From: a virus
Taxonomy: Duplodnaviria > Heunggongvirae > Uroviricota > Caudoviricetes > Schitoviridae
IMG/VR virus record: IMGVR_UViG_2974672511_000001
Coordinates: 12,919 to 76,918 of that record
Reading direction: 5' to 3' (one strand)
DNA: 64,000 nucleotides
A model generated the notes under the pieces. That model saw only the letters and a list, made by a program, of their open reading frames with translations, searched no databases and was not told the DNA's origin. The position numbers and the translations under genes are program-made. This document shows, one piece after another, positions 1 to 10,345 of the stretch (position 1 is the first letter of the stretch; each line of letters starts with the position of its first letter).

Positions 1-307
1 TTATGATGCTATCTATGATGTACTCCTTATTAGTAAAGGTCTAATTGATATCGGTATCGGTAAAGATGGTGTGAAAGGTATTACTAACCTCACTGATACT
101 TTAGATGCTATTGCGTTAGGTATGGATAGCTCTGAGGGTGTAATGTGGATCATGGCTGATAACGTGGCTACCTTATTGCAATTGGAAGATATCGAAGAAG
201 CTGTTGTGAAGTTCAATGCGCGTAAGCAAGCAGTGTTTACAGCATATGCAGAATGGCGTAGTGGTGATATGCAGAGCCCCTTCACTGTAGGAGGTACAGA
301 TACTTAA
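1..307 (+). CDS. 3' end of a gene that begins upstream of the window (virion/tail-associated protein; identity unknown)
   Basis: The frame of ORF 71..307 stays open back to position 2. It is the first gene of the + strand late block. Confidence 0.4.
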   Translation, partial: YDAIYDVLLISKGLIDIGIGKDGVKGITNLTDTLDAIALGMDSSEGVMWIMADNVATLLQLEDIEEAVVKFNARKQAVFTAYAEWRSGDMQSPFTVGGTDT

Positions 308-396
308 TACATAGAATTGGTGTACCATTTTCTAGTGCAGATCTGCATCTTTTACATTATGATATGCAAACAAAATAAATTAAGGAGACTTTAAGT

Positions 397-837
397 ATGT
401 CCGAATGTATTAACGTAGCTCTTGATGTAGATGTTGGTACCACCATCAACTCCCCTAACTTCTTCTCTATAGAAGAAACTGTATCTCCCGGTACTACCAT
501 TGCAGATATTGAAGCAGGTATTCTAACGGGAGAATACACCCCTATCGATCCGAACTTATACACCTATGAGGGTTGTATTAAAAGTGACTATGGGCAGGCT
601 AAGATTACTGACTTAGATCTTAGTATTTCTACTGTAACTATAGAGGGTACCGTTGAAGGTGGTACAGACTCTTACAATGTAGTTACTTTTAAAGTACCTC
701 CTAGTATTACTAAGGTATGGGACAATAAAGGTTCTTGCCTACTGTTTGATATTAAACGTACCGAGATTGCAGATGCTACTGAAGTGGATATCTGGGTTAA
801 AGGTAAACTAAACGTGTTTCCGATCATTACGGAGTAA
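397..837 (+). CDS. hypothetical virion/tail protein (146 aa)
   Basis: GGAG-type RBS at 384-389. Tightly coupled (ATG overlaps the stop) to the downstream tail-fiber gene. Confidence 0.5.
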   Translation: MSECINVALDVDVGTTINSPNFFSIEETVSPGTTIADIEAGILTGEYTPIDPNLYTYEGCIKSDYGQAKITDLDLSISTVTIEGTVEGGTDSYNVVTFKVPPSITKVWDNKGSCLLFDIKRTEIADATEVDIWVKGKLNVFPIITE

Positions 838-839
838 TT

Positions 840-3275
840 ATGAATATAAGTGACGACAGGAAGAAAGGATCAGTTATCTCATATGGACCTACTTCTAGTG
901 TTGATATCGTCTTAAAGGATGAACTGCTAGTTGGCTGTAACCAAGATAATCTTGTAATTGAAACCCCCACCCACAGTGAAGTTATATCTTTAGGTGAAGG
1001 GCAATACCTGCAAGGTCCCAAAGGGGATAAAGGTGACACCCCTCAACATGAGTGGTTAGACACTTCATTAAGGTTCCGTAACTATGATAATTCATGGGGC
1101 GTACTCACAGACCTTAAAGGTGATAAGGGTGATAAAGGTGATCAAGGTATTCAAGGTCCAACAGGCAGTATTGGTACTGAGGGTCCACAAGGCCCTACCA
1201 GTTTTGTATGGGCTAAGTATGCTGACAATGTTACACCTGAACCTGAAGAGATGTTTAATGACCCTACAGGTAGAGAGTATGTAGGTTTAGCATATAACCG
1301 TTCAGTTGAAGAAGGTAATGGAGATCCTTTAGAGTTTGATTACCGTGTTTACTCTTGGTCTAAGATTCAAGGTAATGATGGTAGCCCGGGTACTCCCGGT
1401 ACTCCCGGACAAGAAGGTCCAGAAGGTCCAGCTGGTGGAGGCTTCACTTGGATAGGTGAATTTCCTGCCCATCCTACAGAAGCTGATATTGGTAGACCCC
1501 TTGAAGATGGGGATACCTATTTAAACACCACAGATCAACGTGTGTACACGTATGCCGGTGGGTGGCACCTTATGTTAGATTCTGGTGCAACAGGCCCTGT
1601 AGGCCCACAGGGAGCCCCTGGAGGTGGGTTTGTTTATCAAGGTGAGTTCTCTACTAGTCCACCAAGCGCTCAAGTTAACTGGCTATACAAGAACCTTAAT
1701 AATGACCTGTTCTACGTATATGGTAGTAGCGGTGCATGGGAGGTAGCTACTTCAGATGGTAAGGCAAGTATAGAAGGTGCTGATGCTAGTTACGGCTGGT
1801 ACTTCTATACAACGTATAGTTCTAATGATGTAGGTAATGCCCCTGAACGTCCTATCTTAGATGGTAACAGCGGAGAGTGGTTAGCTAGCCCCTATGAACA
1901 TGAGGTTGGTGACATTAACTGGTGTGCCCAGAAGATTGTTAAGAGTACTGACCCTAACCAAGGTGTATGGGGAGTTCCATTTGATATCTCAAATCTTAAC
2001 TTCAGAGGACCAGAAGGTTTCCGAGGATCACAAACTATCATGATACCCATAGTGGGGTGGACTGGTGCGTGGAATGATAGAGATGCTGAACATGCTGTTG
2101 GTGGTTCGCCTCAAGAGTGGGATGTAGTTACCATGTACCGATCAGAAGACCCAAACGTACAAGAAACTAAGCGTTGGGGTTACAACACACAGACTCAGAC
2201 TTATGAGTGGTTATCCTATAACTATGTATTCTTAGGTGATGTGTTAGTGGACGGTTCACTAGATGCTCAGAAGGTTAACGTTAATTCTACCCTTACAGTA
2301 GGTAGTGGGAATAACGTAGGTGTAGTATCCGGTGAAGATACTATTAGGTTTGCGGCAGGTAATGCTAATAAAGCTACAGCACCCTTTCGAGTAGACCAGA
2401 CGGGTAAGTTAACCGCTACCAATGCAGACATAGAGGGTCATATAAATGCAACGTCTTTAACCTTTGTAAGCGGTGGCGCTATTCCACCCGAGATTGACAA
2501 TGACAACGTCGATACGGTTAAAACGTTCTACCAAGATGGCGCACCTACAGGTGCAAGTGAAGGTGACCTGTGGGTAGACACCGACAATAAGAATAAACTG
2601 TATCGTTACTCAGGCACTGCGTGGGTTAGCGTTCAAGACGGTGGTATCATTGATGAAGGTAAGGCTAATGGTGAGATCTACCCTGACCAATCCAATATCC
2701 AGATCAAATCAAGTAATTATCAGTCAGGTTCGAGAGGTTGGGCTATCGACGCTGACGGTGATGCTGAATTTAACAATGCCATAGTCCGTAATCAGGTTAT
2801 GATAGGAGGTACTTTATCTGGTGTAGATGGTAGTTTTACAGGTACTATACAGGCACAGAATATTGTTGGTGACTTAACCTCTACCAAAGCTGTTACTTAC
2901 TCTAGTACTAGTACGGGTAGCGCGGCATGGGTTAGCCTAGCATCTGCTTCAGTCAGCGCATCTACATCAGGACATGGTAGGAATTTAAGCGTACTTGGTA
3001 TGAATCTATACATAAATGATACTTCTACATCCTCCACAGAATTCTCTTGGCGCATATTAGTGAATGGTTCAGTAGTGAACTCAGGTAGCGACGGATCTTC
3101 TTCAGAGAATGATAGGGCAACGGGAGGGCTTACTGTTTCAGGCGGAGGTTTTATAGGTACAGGGGCGGGTACACTAGATGTGCAAGTGAGCTGTTTTGCT
3201 GGTAGAGGTAGTTGGACCAGACCTGCACAGCAGGTTATATTCATGTGCGGTGTTACAGGTAATGAGTTTAACTAA
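840..3275 (+). CDS. tail fiber / appendage protein with collagen-like Gly-X-Y repeats and a tail-fibre repeat motif
   Basis: Several G-X-Y runs (GPKGDKGDTP, KGDKGDKGDQGIQGPTGSIGTEGPQGPT, GSPGTPGTPGQEGPEGPAGG, GATGPVGPQGAPGG). Contains the GDLWVDTDNKNKLYRYSGTAWV motif typical of phage tail fibres. C-terminus is rich in S/T/G. Confidence 0.7.
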   Translation: MNISDDRKKGSVISYGPTSSVDIVLKDELLVGCNQDNLVIETPTHSEVISLGEGQYLQGPKGDKGDTPQHEWLDTSLRFRNYDNSWGVLTDLKGDKGDKGDQGIQGPTGSIGTEGPQGPTSFVWAKYADNVTPEPEEMFNDPTGREYVGLAYNRSVEEGNGDPLEFDYRVYSWSKIQGNDGSPGTPGTPGQEGPEGPAGGGFTWIGEFPAHPTEADIGRPLEDGDTYLNTTDQRVYTYAGGWHLMLDSGATGPVGPQGAPGGGFVYQGEFSTSPPSAQVNWLYKNLNNDLFYVYGSSGAWEVATSDGKASIEGADASYGWYFYTTYSSNDVGNAPERPILDGNSGEWLASPYEHEVGDINWCAQKIVKSTDPNQGVWGVPFDISNLNFRGPEGFRGSQTIMIPIVGWTGAWNDRDAEHAVGGSPQEWDVVTMYRSEDPNVQETKRWGYNTQTQTYEWLSYNYVFLGDVLVDGSLDAQKVNVNSTLTVGSGNNVGVVSGEDTIRFAAGNANKATAPFRVDQTGKLTATNADIEGHINATSLTFVSGGAIPPEIDNDNVDTVKTFYQDGAPTGASEGDLWVDTDNKNKLYRYSGTAWVSVQDGGIIDEGKANGEIYPDQSNIQIKSSNYQSGSRGWAIDADGDAEFNNAIVRNQVMIGGTLSGVDGSFTGTIQAQNIVGDLTSTKAVTYSSTSTGSAAWVSLASASVSASTSGHGRNLSVLGMNLYINDTSTSSTEFSWRILVNGSVVNSGSDGSSSENDRATGGLTVSGGGFIGTGAGTLDVQVSCFAGRGSWTRPAQQVIFMCGVTGNEFN

Positions 3276-3433
3276 CAATACCCCTCTTCTCCGTATGTTA
3301 GAAATGCTCAATGATTAGGGGTAGTACTTGCGGAAGATTACTTCCTGTAATTAACGTTATAAACTGTAAGGGATAGCTGGTAATATGCAGGCTATTTTTA
3401 AAGATAAACCACAACTAAATAAGAGGTACTAAT

Positions 3434-3613
3434 ATGACTGGATTAATTCTAGGAGTTTTTAAGAACATTGGCGGATATGTAATTGGAAAATTACTTAAAC
3501 CTGAGACAGCAGTAGAGTTGATACTGGATTTTGGAGACATTATTGCTAAACGTACAGACAGCGATGTAGACGAAAAGATTATGGCAAGTGTGCGTAAGGC
3601 GCTAGGTCACTAA
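3434..3613 (+). CDS. small protein (59 aa, below the ORF-track cutoff) with a hydrophobic/amphipathic N-terminus; possible holin or antiholin-like lysis-locus protein
   Basis: ATG at 3434 preceded by AAGAGG. Translates to MTGLILGVFKNIGGYVIGKLL... and sits immediately upstream of the TM/coiled-coil gene. Confidence 0.3.
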   Translation: MTGLILGVFKNIGGYVIGKLLKPETAVELILDFGDIIAKRTDSDVDEKIMASVRKALGH

Positions 3614-3627
3614 GTTGGAGGTGATCA

Positions 3628-3945
3628 ATGACGCTATCGGATTGGTTAAAAACTAACATTATTTCCTTAGTGCTGGTGATTGGATCTTTCATTGGGGCAT
3701 ACGTCACAATACAGTCCAACATCCACACGCTTAATACGGAATTTATCGAACTACAAGCACATGTACGTAAACTGGATAATGAAGTATCTAAAATTCCTCT
3801 AATGGAGAAAGAGGTAGAAAACCTAAAGGAAGATCTGGGAGAATTCAAACCTATCATTGCCGACCTAGCTCGGGGTGTTCATGGGCTGAATGTCACTCTC
3901 GCCAGACTCGAAGGAAAGCTAGAGACTTCAGATATTAAATATTAA
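3628..3945 (+). CDS. membrane-anchored coiled-coil protein (i-spanin-like or holin-like; lysis locus)
   Basis: N-terminal TM helix (IISLVLVIGSFIGAYVTI) followed by heptad-like coiled coil. GGAGG RBS. Convergent with the endolysin gene. Confidence 0.4.
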   Translation: MTLSDWLKTNIISLVLVIGSFIGAYVTIQSNIHTLNTEFIELQAHVRKLDNEVSKIPLMEKEVENLKEDLGEFKPIIADLARGVHGLNVTLARLEGKLETSDIKY

Positions 3946-3980
3946 AAACAAAAAAGGAGCCGTTAGGCTCCTTTCTTTTA
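3943..3980. terminator. bidirectional intrinsic terminator between convergent lysis-locus genes
   Basis: A-tract, then GGAGCC-GTTA-GGCTCC hairpin, then TTTCTTTT. Confidence 0.65.
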
Positions 3981-4349
3981 ATATGTCCAGAGTGTGCGTG
4001 CACCCTCCCTTAAATCTAAATGAATGAATCGTGAGTTATACGACCCTTTCTGATTAATACCGATACCAGTGAATCCTTTAGCTAAAGCCAACTCTACAAG
4101 TTGTAGTGCCTGCTCATGGTGAACATTAATATCTATTGCTGCAGTGTTGTGCATTCCAAACTTATCTTTCTTACTTTCAATTGGATGGTCAGGACAGCGG
4201 TATGCTGAGGTTACTCTAAGTGGGAATCCCAATTCATCCCGCAACTCCTGTACTAAGTCCATTAATTCAACAAACTCGATGTTAGGGTTACTGTCTCCAC
4301 AGCACTGGCAGTTAAGTTCTGCATCTGAAAAGTTAGGCCACTCGTTCAT
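3978..4349 (-). CDS. endolysin, peptidase M15 family (L-Ala-D-Glu / D-Ala-D-Ala peptidase-like)
   Basis: SAYRCPDHPIES and downstream His/Asp motifs typical of the zinc peptidase M15 fold. Small size (123 aa). Confidence 0.65.
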   Translation of the reverse strand: MNEWPNFSDAELNCQCCGDSNPNIEFVELMDLVQELRDELGFPLRVTSAYRCPDHPIESKKDKFGMHNTAAIDINVHHEQALQLVELALAKGFTGIGINQKGSYNSRFIHLDLREGARTLWTY

Positions 4350-5076
4350 AATCTAACTCCACGAGACCTTCAGCCTCATCCCAGCCCATGATGATATCTT
4401 TAACTGCTTCAGAACGAACAATGTCGTCATAATCACAGAAATCGACATGTTGTACAGTATCTTTTAGTAGGCGACTCTTATTACGCAGTTCAAGAAACTC
4501 TTTGACACCACTCTTAGCGATATCTACTTGATTAATATCCCCGCAGATACACATTGTTGAGTTCTCACCAATACGCGTCATTAGGGTTTTAAGTTCTTTT
4601 AAGGTACAATCCTCTGCTTCATCAACAATAATAAAAGCGTTATCCCATGAGTTACCTTTAGCGGTCTCAAGTGGACAGAACTCAATCATACCGATCTCTT
4701 CGTTAAGCATGTATTCAAGTTGACCCGGGGAGAACTCTTTACGTAGTGTACCTAAGATAGGTTGTAACCATTGAAGCATCTTGTCTTCTTTAGTTCCTTT
4801 AAAGAAACCTAGAGAGTTAGATGCAGATGCAGCTGGACGAATCAGTACGATCTTTTCAATGCCTTTTTGTTTAAGCCATAGCGAAGCTAATCGAGTAGGT
4901 ATATAGGTTTTACCTGTACCTGCATGGCCGGTAGCGATAGTAATAGGAGTATGTTTAATAGCATTCATGTAGCGACTCTGTACTTCATTCTGCGGAGCTA
5001 GTGTGGTTGCAGCCTTAAATGACTCGTTTACTTTCTTTGCACGGGTATTTTTATCAGCTTGGGTTCGTTTAGTCAT
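4333..5076 (-). CDS. phoH: PhoH-like ATPase
   Basis: Walker A ATGHAGTGKTY, RPAASASNSLGFFKG, FIIVDEAED Walker B, ICGDINQVD; canonical PhoH motif order. Overlaps the endolysin start by 17 nt, suggesting an operon. Confidence 0.8.
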   Translation of the reverse strand: MTKRTQADKNTRAKKVNESFKAATTLAPQNEVQSRYMNAIKHTPITIATGHAGTGKTYIPTRLASLWLKQKGIEKIVLIRPAASASNSLGFFKGTKEDKMLQWLQPILGTLRKEFSPGQLEYMLNEEIGMIEFCPLETAKGNSWDNAFIIVDEAEDCTLKELKTLMTRIGENSTMCICGDINQVDIAKSGVKEFLELRNKSRLLKDTVQHVDFCDYDDIVRSEAVKDIIMGWDEAEGLVELDYERVA

Positions 5077-5164
5077 ATTATAGTTTCCTTATCAAGGGCG
5101 ATGGAGTTAAGATAAGCTTAATTTAAAATTCTTTCAACACTTAAAGGCAGGGGGCCTTAAATTT

Positions 5165-7276
5165 ATGAGCGAAACTCAAGAAATGGAGTTGGGTATGTAT
5201 AAGGTAGAAATAGACACCGGGTGGTCAAATGCTCCCTCTGTTTCTGACTTAAAACAGGATTGGTTAGATGCCAAACCTGCTAAAGACATGCATACAGCCA
5301 ACGTTACCCGCTGGTTAGATAATCTAAATGTAACCGGTAATGCTAAACCTGATTGCAATCCTAATCGTTCAGGCATTCAACCTAAAGTAATCCGTAAGAA
5401 CAATGAATGGAGATACCCAGCACTATCGGAACCATTCCTATCAACTAAAGATATGTTCTCAATTACTCCTCGTACCTTTGAGGATGTTGAGGCAGCAAGA
5501 CAGAATGAATTACTAGTTAACTACCAGTTCTACTCTCAACTAAACAAAGTTAAGTTTGTTGACGAGTTTGTACGTACTGCAGTGGATGAAGGTACTGTGT
5601 TTGTCCGTGTAGGTTGGGAGACTGAAGAGGAATTGGTAGAGACAGAGGAACCGGTATATGAGATGCGTCCTGCTCAAACAACAGAGCAGATGGCAGCACT
5701 TCAACACTACTCTAGTTTGCCTATTACACATGCACCTGACGAGTGGAAAGAAGCACTACAGATCTCTCAAGAGTTTGGTGTACCTACTATCCCTTTACAG
5801 GTAGATGTGCAAATTAAAACAGAGACCAAGACAGTAAAGAATCAACCTACTGTTGAAGTAGTAGATTACAATAACTTGATCATTGACCCTTCATGTAATG
5901 GTGATATTGACCAAGCTAAGTTTGCTGTGTATTCGTTCGAGACTTCTAAGTCTGAACTGGAAGCAACAGGACTGTATGAGAACTTGGATCAAATTACAGC
6001 TTCAAGCTCTGTACTAAATGCCGCAGATAGTGACTACGACTCTAACGATGATTCTTCTTTCCAATTTAAAGATGAACCACGTAAACGAATAGTAGCTTAT
6101 GAGTATTGGGGTTACTGGGATATTAATGGTACTGGTGAAGTAGAACCTATTGTTGCTACCTGGGTTGGTGATACTATGATCCGTCTATCAGAGAATCCTT
6201 ATCCAGATAAGAAGATCCCTTTTGTTAGCGCACAGTACTTACCTGTACGTAAGTCTTTATATGGTGAACCTGATGGTGAGCTACTTGAAGACAACCAGAA
6301 GATTGTTGGTGCTGTTACACGAGGAATGATTGATATCATGGCTCGAAGTGCTAATGGTCAAGTTGGTATGCGAAAGGATATGCTAGATGTTGTGAACCGA
6401 CGTAAGTTTGCTAACGGTGAAGACTATGAGTTCAACCAAACAGTAGATCCTCGTCAAGGTGTACACATGCATCAGTTTGCTGAGATTCCAGCATCTGCGC
6501 AGTTCATGATTCAACTTCAGCAGAATGAGGCAGAGACACTGACAGGTGTACGTCCATACGGTGCAACAGTAGATGGTATGGCTACAGCAGCAGAAGTACG
6601 GGGGGTACTAGATGCAGCGTCTAAACGTGAAACAGCAATACTACGTAGACTTGGTGATGCTATCGAGAGAATAGGTCGTAAGATTATCTCTATGAACCAA
6701 GAGTTCTTAGAAGATGAGGAGATCATTCGAGTTACTAATGAAAAGTTTGTAGCTATTAAGCGAGAAGACCTTGCAGGCGAGTATGATTTAGTATTAGATA
6801 TATCCACTGTTGAAGAGGACAACTCTAAAGCACAAGAACTAGCATTCATGTTGCAGACAGTAGGCCCTAATACAGATCCTTCTATGTTGTATATGATCAT
6901 GGCGGATATTGCAGACCTACGTAAGATGCCAGACTTGGCTAAACGATTACGTGACTATAAGCCTGAACCTGACCCAGTACAGCAGATGATGCAACAATTA
7001 GAGCTACAGAAACTACAGTTAGAGAACTCTAAGGTTCAATTGGAGATTGCTAAGCTTCAATCAGATACAGGACTACAAGAAGCTAAGACAGGTGAGACAG
7101 TTGCTAGAACCAGTAACATCGAAGCTGATACAGATCTTAAGAACTTACAGTACGTAGAGAATGAGCTTGGGGTACAACACGAAAGAGACCTGCAGAAGCA
7201 AGGAGCACAGGCTAAAGCTAATTTACAACGTGATGTACTAATGGAAGCGATTAAAGGTAGCCAAAACGAATCTTAG
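5165..7276 (+). CDS. portal protein (N4 gp59-like)
   Basis: 703 aa. Position (upstream of scaffold-like and capsid genes) and size match N4-like synteny. C-terminal coiled coil. Confidence 0.6.
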   Translation: MSETQEMELGMYKVEIDTGWSNAPSVSDLKQDWLDAKPAKDMHTANVTRWLDNLNVTGNAKPDCNPNRSGIQPKVIRKNNEWRYPALSEPFLSTKDMFSITPRTFEDVEAARQNELLVNYQFYSQLNKVKFVDEFVRTAVDEGTVFVRVGWETEEELVETEEPVYEMRPAQTTEQMAALQHYSSLPITHAPDEWKEALQISQEFGVPTIPLQVDVQIKTETKTVKNQPTVEVVDYNNLIIDPSCNGDIDQAKFAVYSFETSKSELEATGLYENLDQITASSSVLNAADSDYDSNDDSSFQFKDEPRKRIVAYEYWGYWDINGTGEVEPIVATWVGDTMIRLSENPYPDKKIPFVSAQYLPVRKSLYGEPDGELLEDNQKIVGAVTRGMIDIMARSANGQVGMRKDMLDVVNRRKFANGEDYEFNQTVDPRQGVHMHQFAEIPASAQFMIQLQQNEAETLTGVRPYGATVDGMATAAEVRGVLDAASKRETAILRRLGDAIERIGRKIISMNQEFLEDEEIIRVTNEKFVAIKREDLAGEYDLVLDISTVEEDNSKAQELAFMLQTVGPNTDPSMLYMIMADIADLRKMPDLAKRLRDYKPEPDPVQQMMQQLELQKLQLENSKVQLEIAKLQSDTGLQEAKTGETVARTSNIEADTDLKNLQYVENELGVQHERDLQKQGAQAKANLQRDVLMEAIKGSQNES

Positions 7277-7306
7277 GATGTAGAATCTAACCCTTAACTT
7301 AATTAG

Positions 7307-7325
7307 CCCCTCTAACTTGGAGGGG
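7307..7325 (+). terminator. weak hairpin downstream of the portal gene (no clear U-tract)
   Basis: CCCCTC-taacttg-GAGGGG. Confidence 0.25.
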
Positions 7326-7359
7326 TAACACTTATTACCCAGACCCCTAGGAGACACCT

Positions 7360-7698
7360 ATGTCAGATATTCAACAAATCGAACTTACTAAAGAACAAGC
7401 AGAGCAATCAGTAAAACTAATGGAACGACTAGATCGTTTAAATAAGAATCGTGACTTTAAAGCAATCATCGAAGATGAACTTTTTGACTCTTATTCCAAG
7501 TCCCTTGTGTTGCTGCTATCAGATCCTTCTATGCAAGAAGATGTAGTACAAAAGGACCTTATCCTTGATATGCAAATGATCGGACGTTTCCGTCAATTTC
7601 TATCAGGCGTATTCCAAAAAGGTCGTCTAGCTGAGAAGACGCTAGAAGATACGACCCGTCAATTGGAAGAACTACGAGCGGAAGGAGCGGATGAGTAA
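7360..7698 (+). CDS. hypothetical coiled-coil protein (112 aa)
   Basis: AGGAGA RBS. ATGA overlap with the next gene. Confidence 0.5.
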   Translation: MSDIQQIELTKEQAEQSVKLMERLDRLNKNRDFKAIIEDELFDSYSKSLVLLLSDPSMQEDVVQKDLILDMQMIGRFRQFLSGVFQKGRLAEKTLEDTTRQLEELRAEGADE

Positions 7699-8798
7699 TG
7701 AGTGAATTGAACGAGGGCCTAGAGCCCTCTTCTGCCGTGGAGCAGGAAGATTTTTTAAATATGTCAGATGACGATATTTTAAACATGCCTTTCCCTGAGG
7801 CTGAGGTTCCTGACGAGGCTCCTGCCGAGGAAGTAGAACCGAAAGCCGAAGAGGAAGAAGATCTAGAAGTATTCGAAGAGGAGGAGGAAGAACCTAACGA
7901 TGTGTTTGGTGAACCTGACCTCGAAGAAGAAGAACTAGAAACAGAAACAGAGGAAGTTGAAGAAGAGGAAACTCTTGAAGACACTTCTGATTACAAAGCT
8001 AAGTACGATGTATTGATGGCTCCTTTACGCGGTAACGGTAAAGATGTAGTTATCAAGACACCAGATGATTTACGTCGATTGGCTCAAATGGGTATTGGTT
8101 ACAATGCTCGTATGGCTGAGATCAAACCACTACGTAAGATTGGTAAAATGCTGGAGAACGCAGGTTTATTAGAAGAATCTAAAATAAACTTCTTGATTGA
8201 CTTGTCAAAGAACAATCCAGATGCTATTAATAAACTCATTCACCAAAGCGGTATTAACCCTTTGGATATTGAACCAGAGAATTCGGAAGGCTATAAACCG
8301 AATACTTACACTGTAGACGACAGCCAATTAGATCTCGATGAAGCACTGACTACTCTAGAACAGTCACCTTCAGGACGGAAAGTAATTGATGTGGTAAGCA
8401 CTAAGTGGGACAGAGCCTCTAAAGAGATTCTCGTTAGCAATCCTTCAATGATGCAAGGACTACAAGCACACATGGACAACGGTATCTACGAACAAGTAGT
8501 TACAGAAGTCGAACGTGAGCGTATGTTCAACCGTATCCCTGTAGGAATGTCTGATCTTGAAGCGTACAATCATATTGGTAATCAGATGAATGCCGCAGGT
8601 GTTTTTAATAAACAACCGGCTGCCCCTTCAGCTCCTAAACCTAATGTGGCTGCAAAGCCTAAAGATACACAACGTAAAACTCGCAGAAAAGCTGCTGCTT
8701 CGACTCGAAGTAAAGCTACATCAAATCAAGTTCCTCAGGACATCCTAAACATGAGTGATGCCGACTTTGAGAAGAACTTGATGTCTAAATATATTTAA
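7698..8798 (+). CDS. highly acidic protein, scaffold-like
   Basis: Poly-Glu N-terminal third (EEEEDLEVFEEEEEE...). Lies between portal and major capsid genes. Confidence 0.4.
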   Translation: MSELNEGLEPSSAVEQEDFLNMSDDDILNMPFPEAEVPDEAPAEEVEPKAEEEEDLEVFEEEEEEPNDVFGEPDLEEEELETETEEVEEEETLEDTSDYKAKYDVLMAPLRGNGKDVVIKTPDDLRRLAQMGIGYNARMAEIKPLRKIGKMLENAGLLEESKINFLIDLSKNNPDAINKLIHQSGINPLDIEPENSEGYKPNTYTVDDSQLDLDEALTTLEQSPSGRKVIDVVSTKWDRASKEILVSNPSMMQGLQAHMDNGIYEQVVTEVERERMFNRIPVGMSDLEAYNHIGNQMNAAGVFNKQPAAPSAPKPNVAAKPKDTQRKTRRKAAASTRSKATSNQVPQDILNMSDADFEKNLMSKYI

Positions 8799-8809
8799 GG
8801 AGATACCTT

Positions 8810-10258
8810 ATGGCTGTAGAAGTTCCAAACACTGGCCCATACAATGTGGACCAACGCAAATACGGTAATGGTACTGATAGTTCAATCGGTCCACAAATCC
8901 GTACTGATTACTTTAAAAAGAAAGCTCTGATTGAAGTAGTTAAAGACGCTGTATTCTCACCACTAGCTGACGCAGAAGCAATGCCTAAGCATTTTGGTAA
9001 GACTATTAAACGTTTCCATTATCTGCCATTGCTAGATGACCGAAATACAAACGACCAAGGTATCGATGCTACTGGTGCTGCTGTAAATCAAGGCGTGACT
9101 ATTCATATCGGTTGGGCAGGTGCAGGTAAATTTACACACAAGCCGGGTCAAATGCATGGCCAAACTGTTAAAGGTGAAGGTGCAAGTGCTGGTGCTGCTC
9201 TAACAGACGCACGTAACAAAGCACACTCAATCCTAACTCAGATGGGTTTTGATGAGGCTGATTACGCACTTGCACGCAACGCAGCAATCACTGCAGGTTT
9301 CTTCGTAGACGAGTCTGAAGCTTACCCAGTAACTGGTAACCTATACGGTTCAAGCAAAGACGTTGGTACGATCTCTGCTAAGCTACCTGTTCTTTCTGAA
9401 CATGGTGGTCGTGTAAACCGAGTTGGTTTCCGTCGTATTGAGATTGAAGGTTCTATCGAGAAGTTCGGCTTCTTCGATGAGTACACTCAAGAGTCTCTAG
9501 ATTTCGATTCTGATGAAGAGTTGGAAATGCACGTACACCGTGAAATGCTACGTGGTGCAAACGAGATCACTGAAGACATGATCCAGATGGATCTACTTTA
9601 CGGTGCTGGTGTTGTGATGTTCGCTGGTGATGCTACGGCTGATGGTGAGATGTCTGCTGAAGGCTCTGAAGTTGATGAAGTAACTTATGATGACTTCGTT
9701 AAACTTGGCATCGAGATGTTTAACAACCGTACACCTAAACAGACTAAGATGATCAACGGTTCTCGTATGATCGACACACGTGTTGTTGACGGTGGTTGGG
9801 TAATGTTCGTAGGCTCTGAGCTTATCCCTACTCTTCGTCGTCTAACGGACTACTTCGGTGAGAAAGCTCTTATCGAGACTAAGCACTACGCTGATGCAGG
9901 TTCGGTACTTAAAGGTGAGATCGGTTCTATCGACCACTTCCGTATCGTTGTAGCTCAAGAGATGCAACACTTTGCTGGTGCAGGTGACACAGTAGGTACT
10001 AACCCAGGTTTCCGTGAAACTGCAGGTAACTACGATGTTTACCCAATGCTAGTAGTTGGTGAAGGTTCTTTCACTACTATCGGTTTCCAAACTGACGGTA
10101 AAGGTGTGAAGTTCAAGATTCAACACCAGAAGCCGGGTAAAGGCGACAAGCATGACCCGTTCGGTGAGACAGGCTTCATGTCGATCAAATGGTACTACGG
10201 TTCTATGATCCTACGCCCAGAGCGTCTAGCTCTAATCAAAACACTAGCTCGCTGGTAA
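8810..10258 (+). CDS. major capsid protein (N4 gp56-like)
   Basis: 482 aa. Good RBS. Followed by the strongest terminator in the late block. Position within conserved N4-like order. Confidence 0.6.
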   Translation: MAVEVPNTGPYNVDQRKYGNGTDSSIGPQIRTDYFKKKALIEVVKDAVFSPLADAEAMPKHFGKTIKRFHYLPLLDDRNTNDQGIDATGAAVNQGVTIHIGWAGAGKFTHKPGQMHGQTVKGEGASAGAALTDARNKAHSILTQMGFDEADYALARNAAITAGFFVDESEAYPVTGNLYGSSKDVGTISAKLPVLSEHGGRVNRVGFRRIEIEGSIEKFGFFDEYTQESLDFDSDEELEMHVHREMLRGANEITEDMIQMDLLYGAGVVMFAGDATADGEMSAEGSEVDEVTYDDFVKLGIEMFNNRTPKQTKMINGSRMIDTRVVDGGWVMFVGSELIPTLRRLTDYFGEKALIETKHYADAGSVLKGEIGSIDHFRIVVAQEMQHFAGAGDTVGTNPGFRETAGNYDVYPMLVVGEGSFTTIGFQTDGKGVKFKIQHQKPGKGDKHDPFGETGFMSIKWYYGSMILRPERLALIKTLARW

Positions 10259-10274
10259 TCAGTAGTTAGTGAGT

Positions 10275-10300
10275 GAGACCTCCTTCGGGAGGTCTTTTGA
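10275..10300 (+). terminator. intrinsic terminator after the capsid gene
   Basis: GAGACCTCC-TTCG-GGAGGTCT followed by TTTTG. Confidence 0.7.
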
Positions 10301-10345
10301 CTGAGGGGTATATCCCCATACACATTTAATATAGAGAGATACACT

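Noticed and set aside
13-285. 90-aa − strand ORF at the window start
   Set aside because: Antisense to the + strand frame that runs open from position 2 into 307. No RBS.
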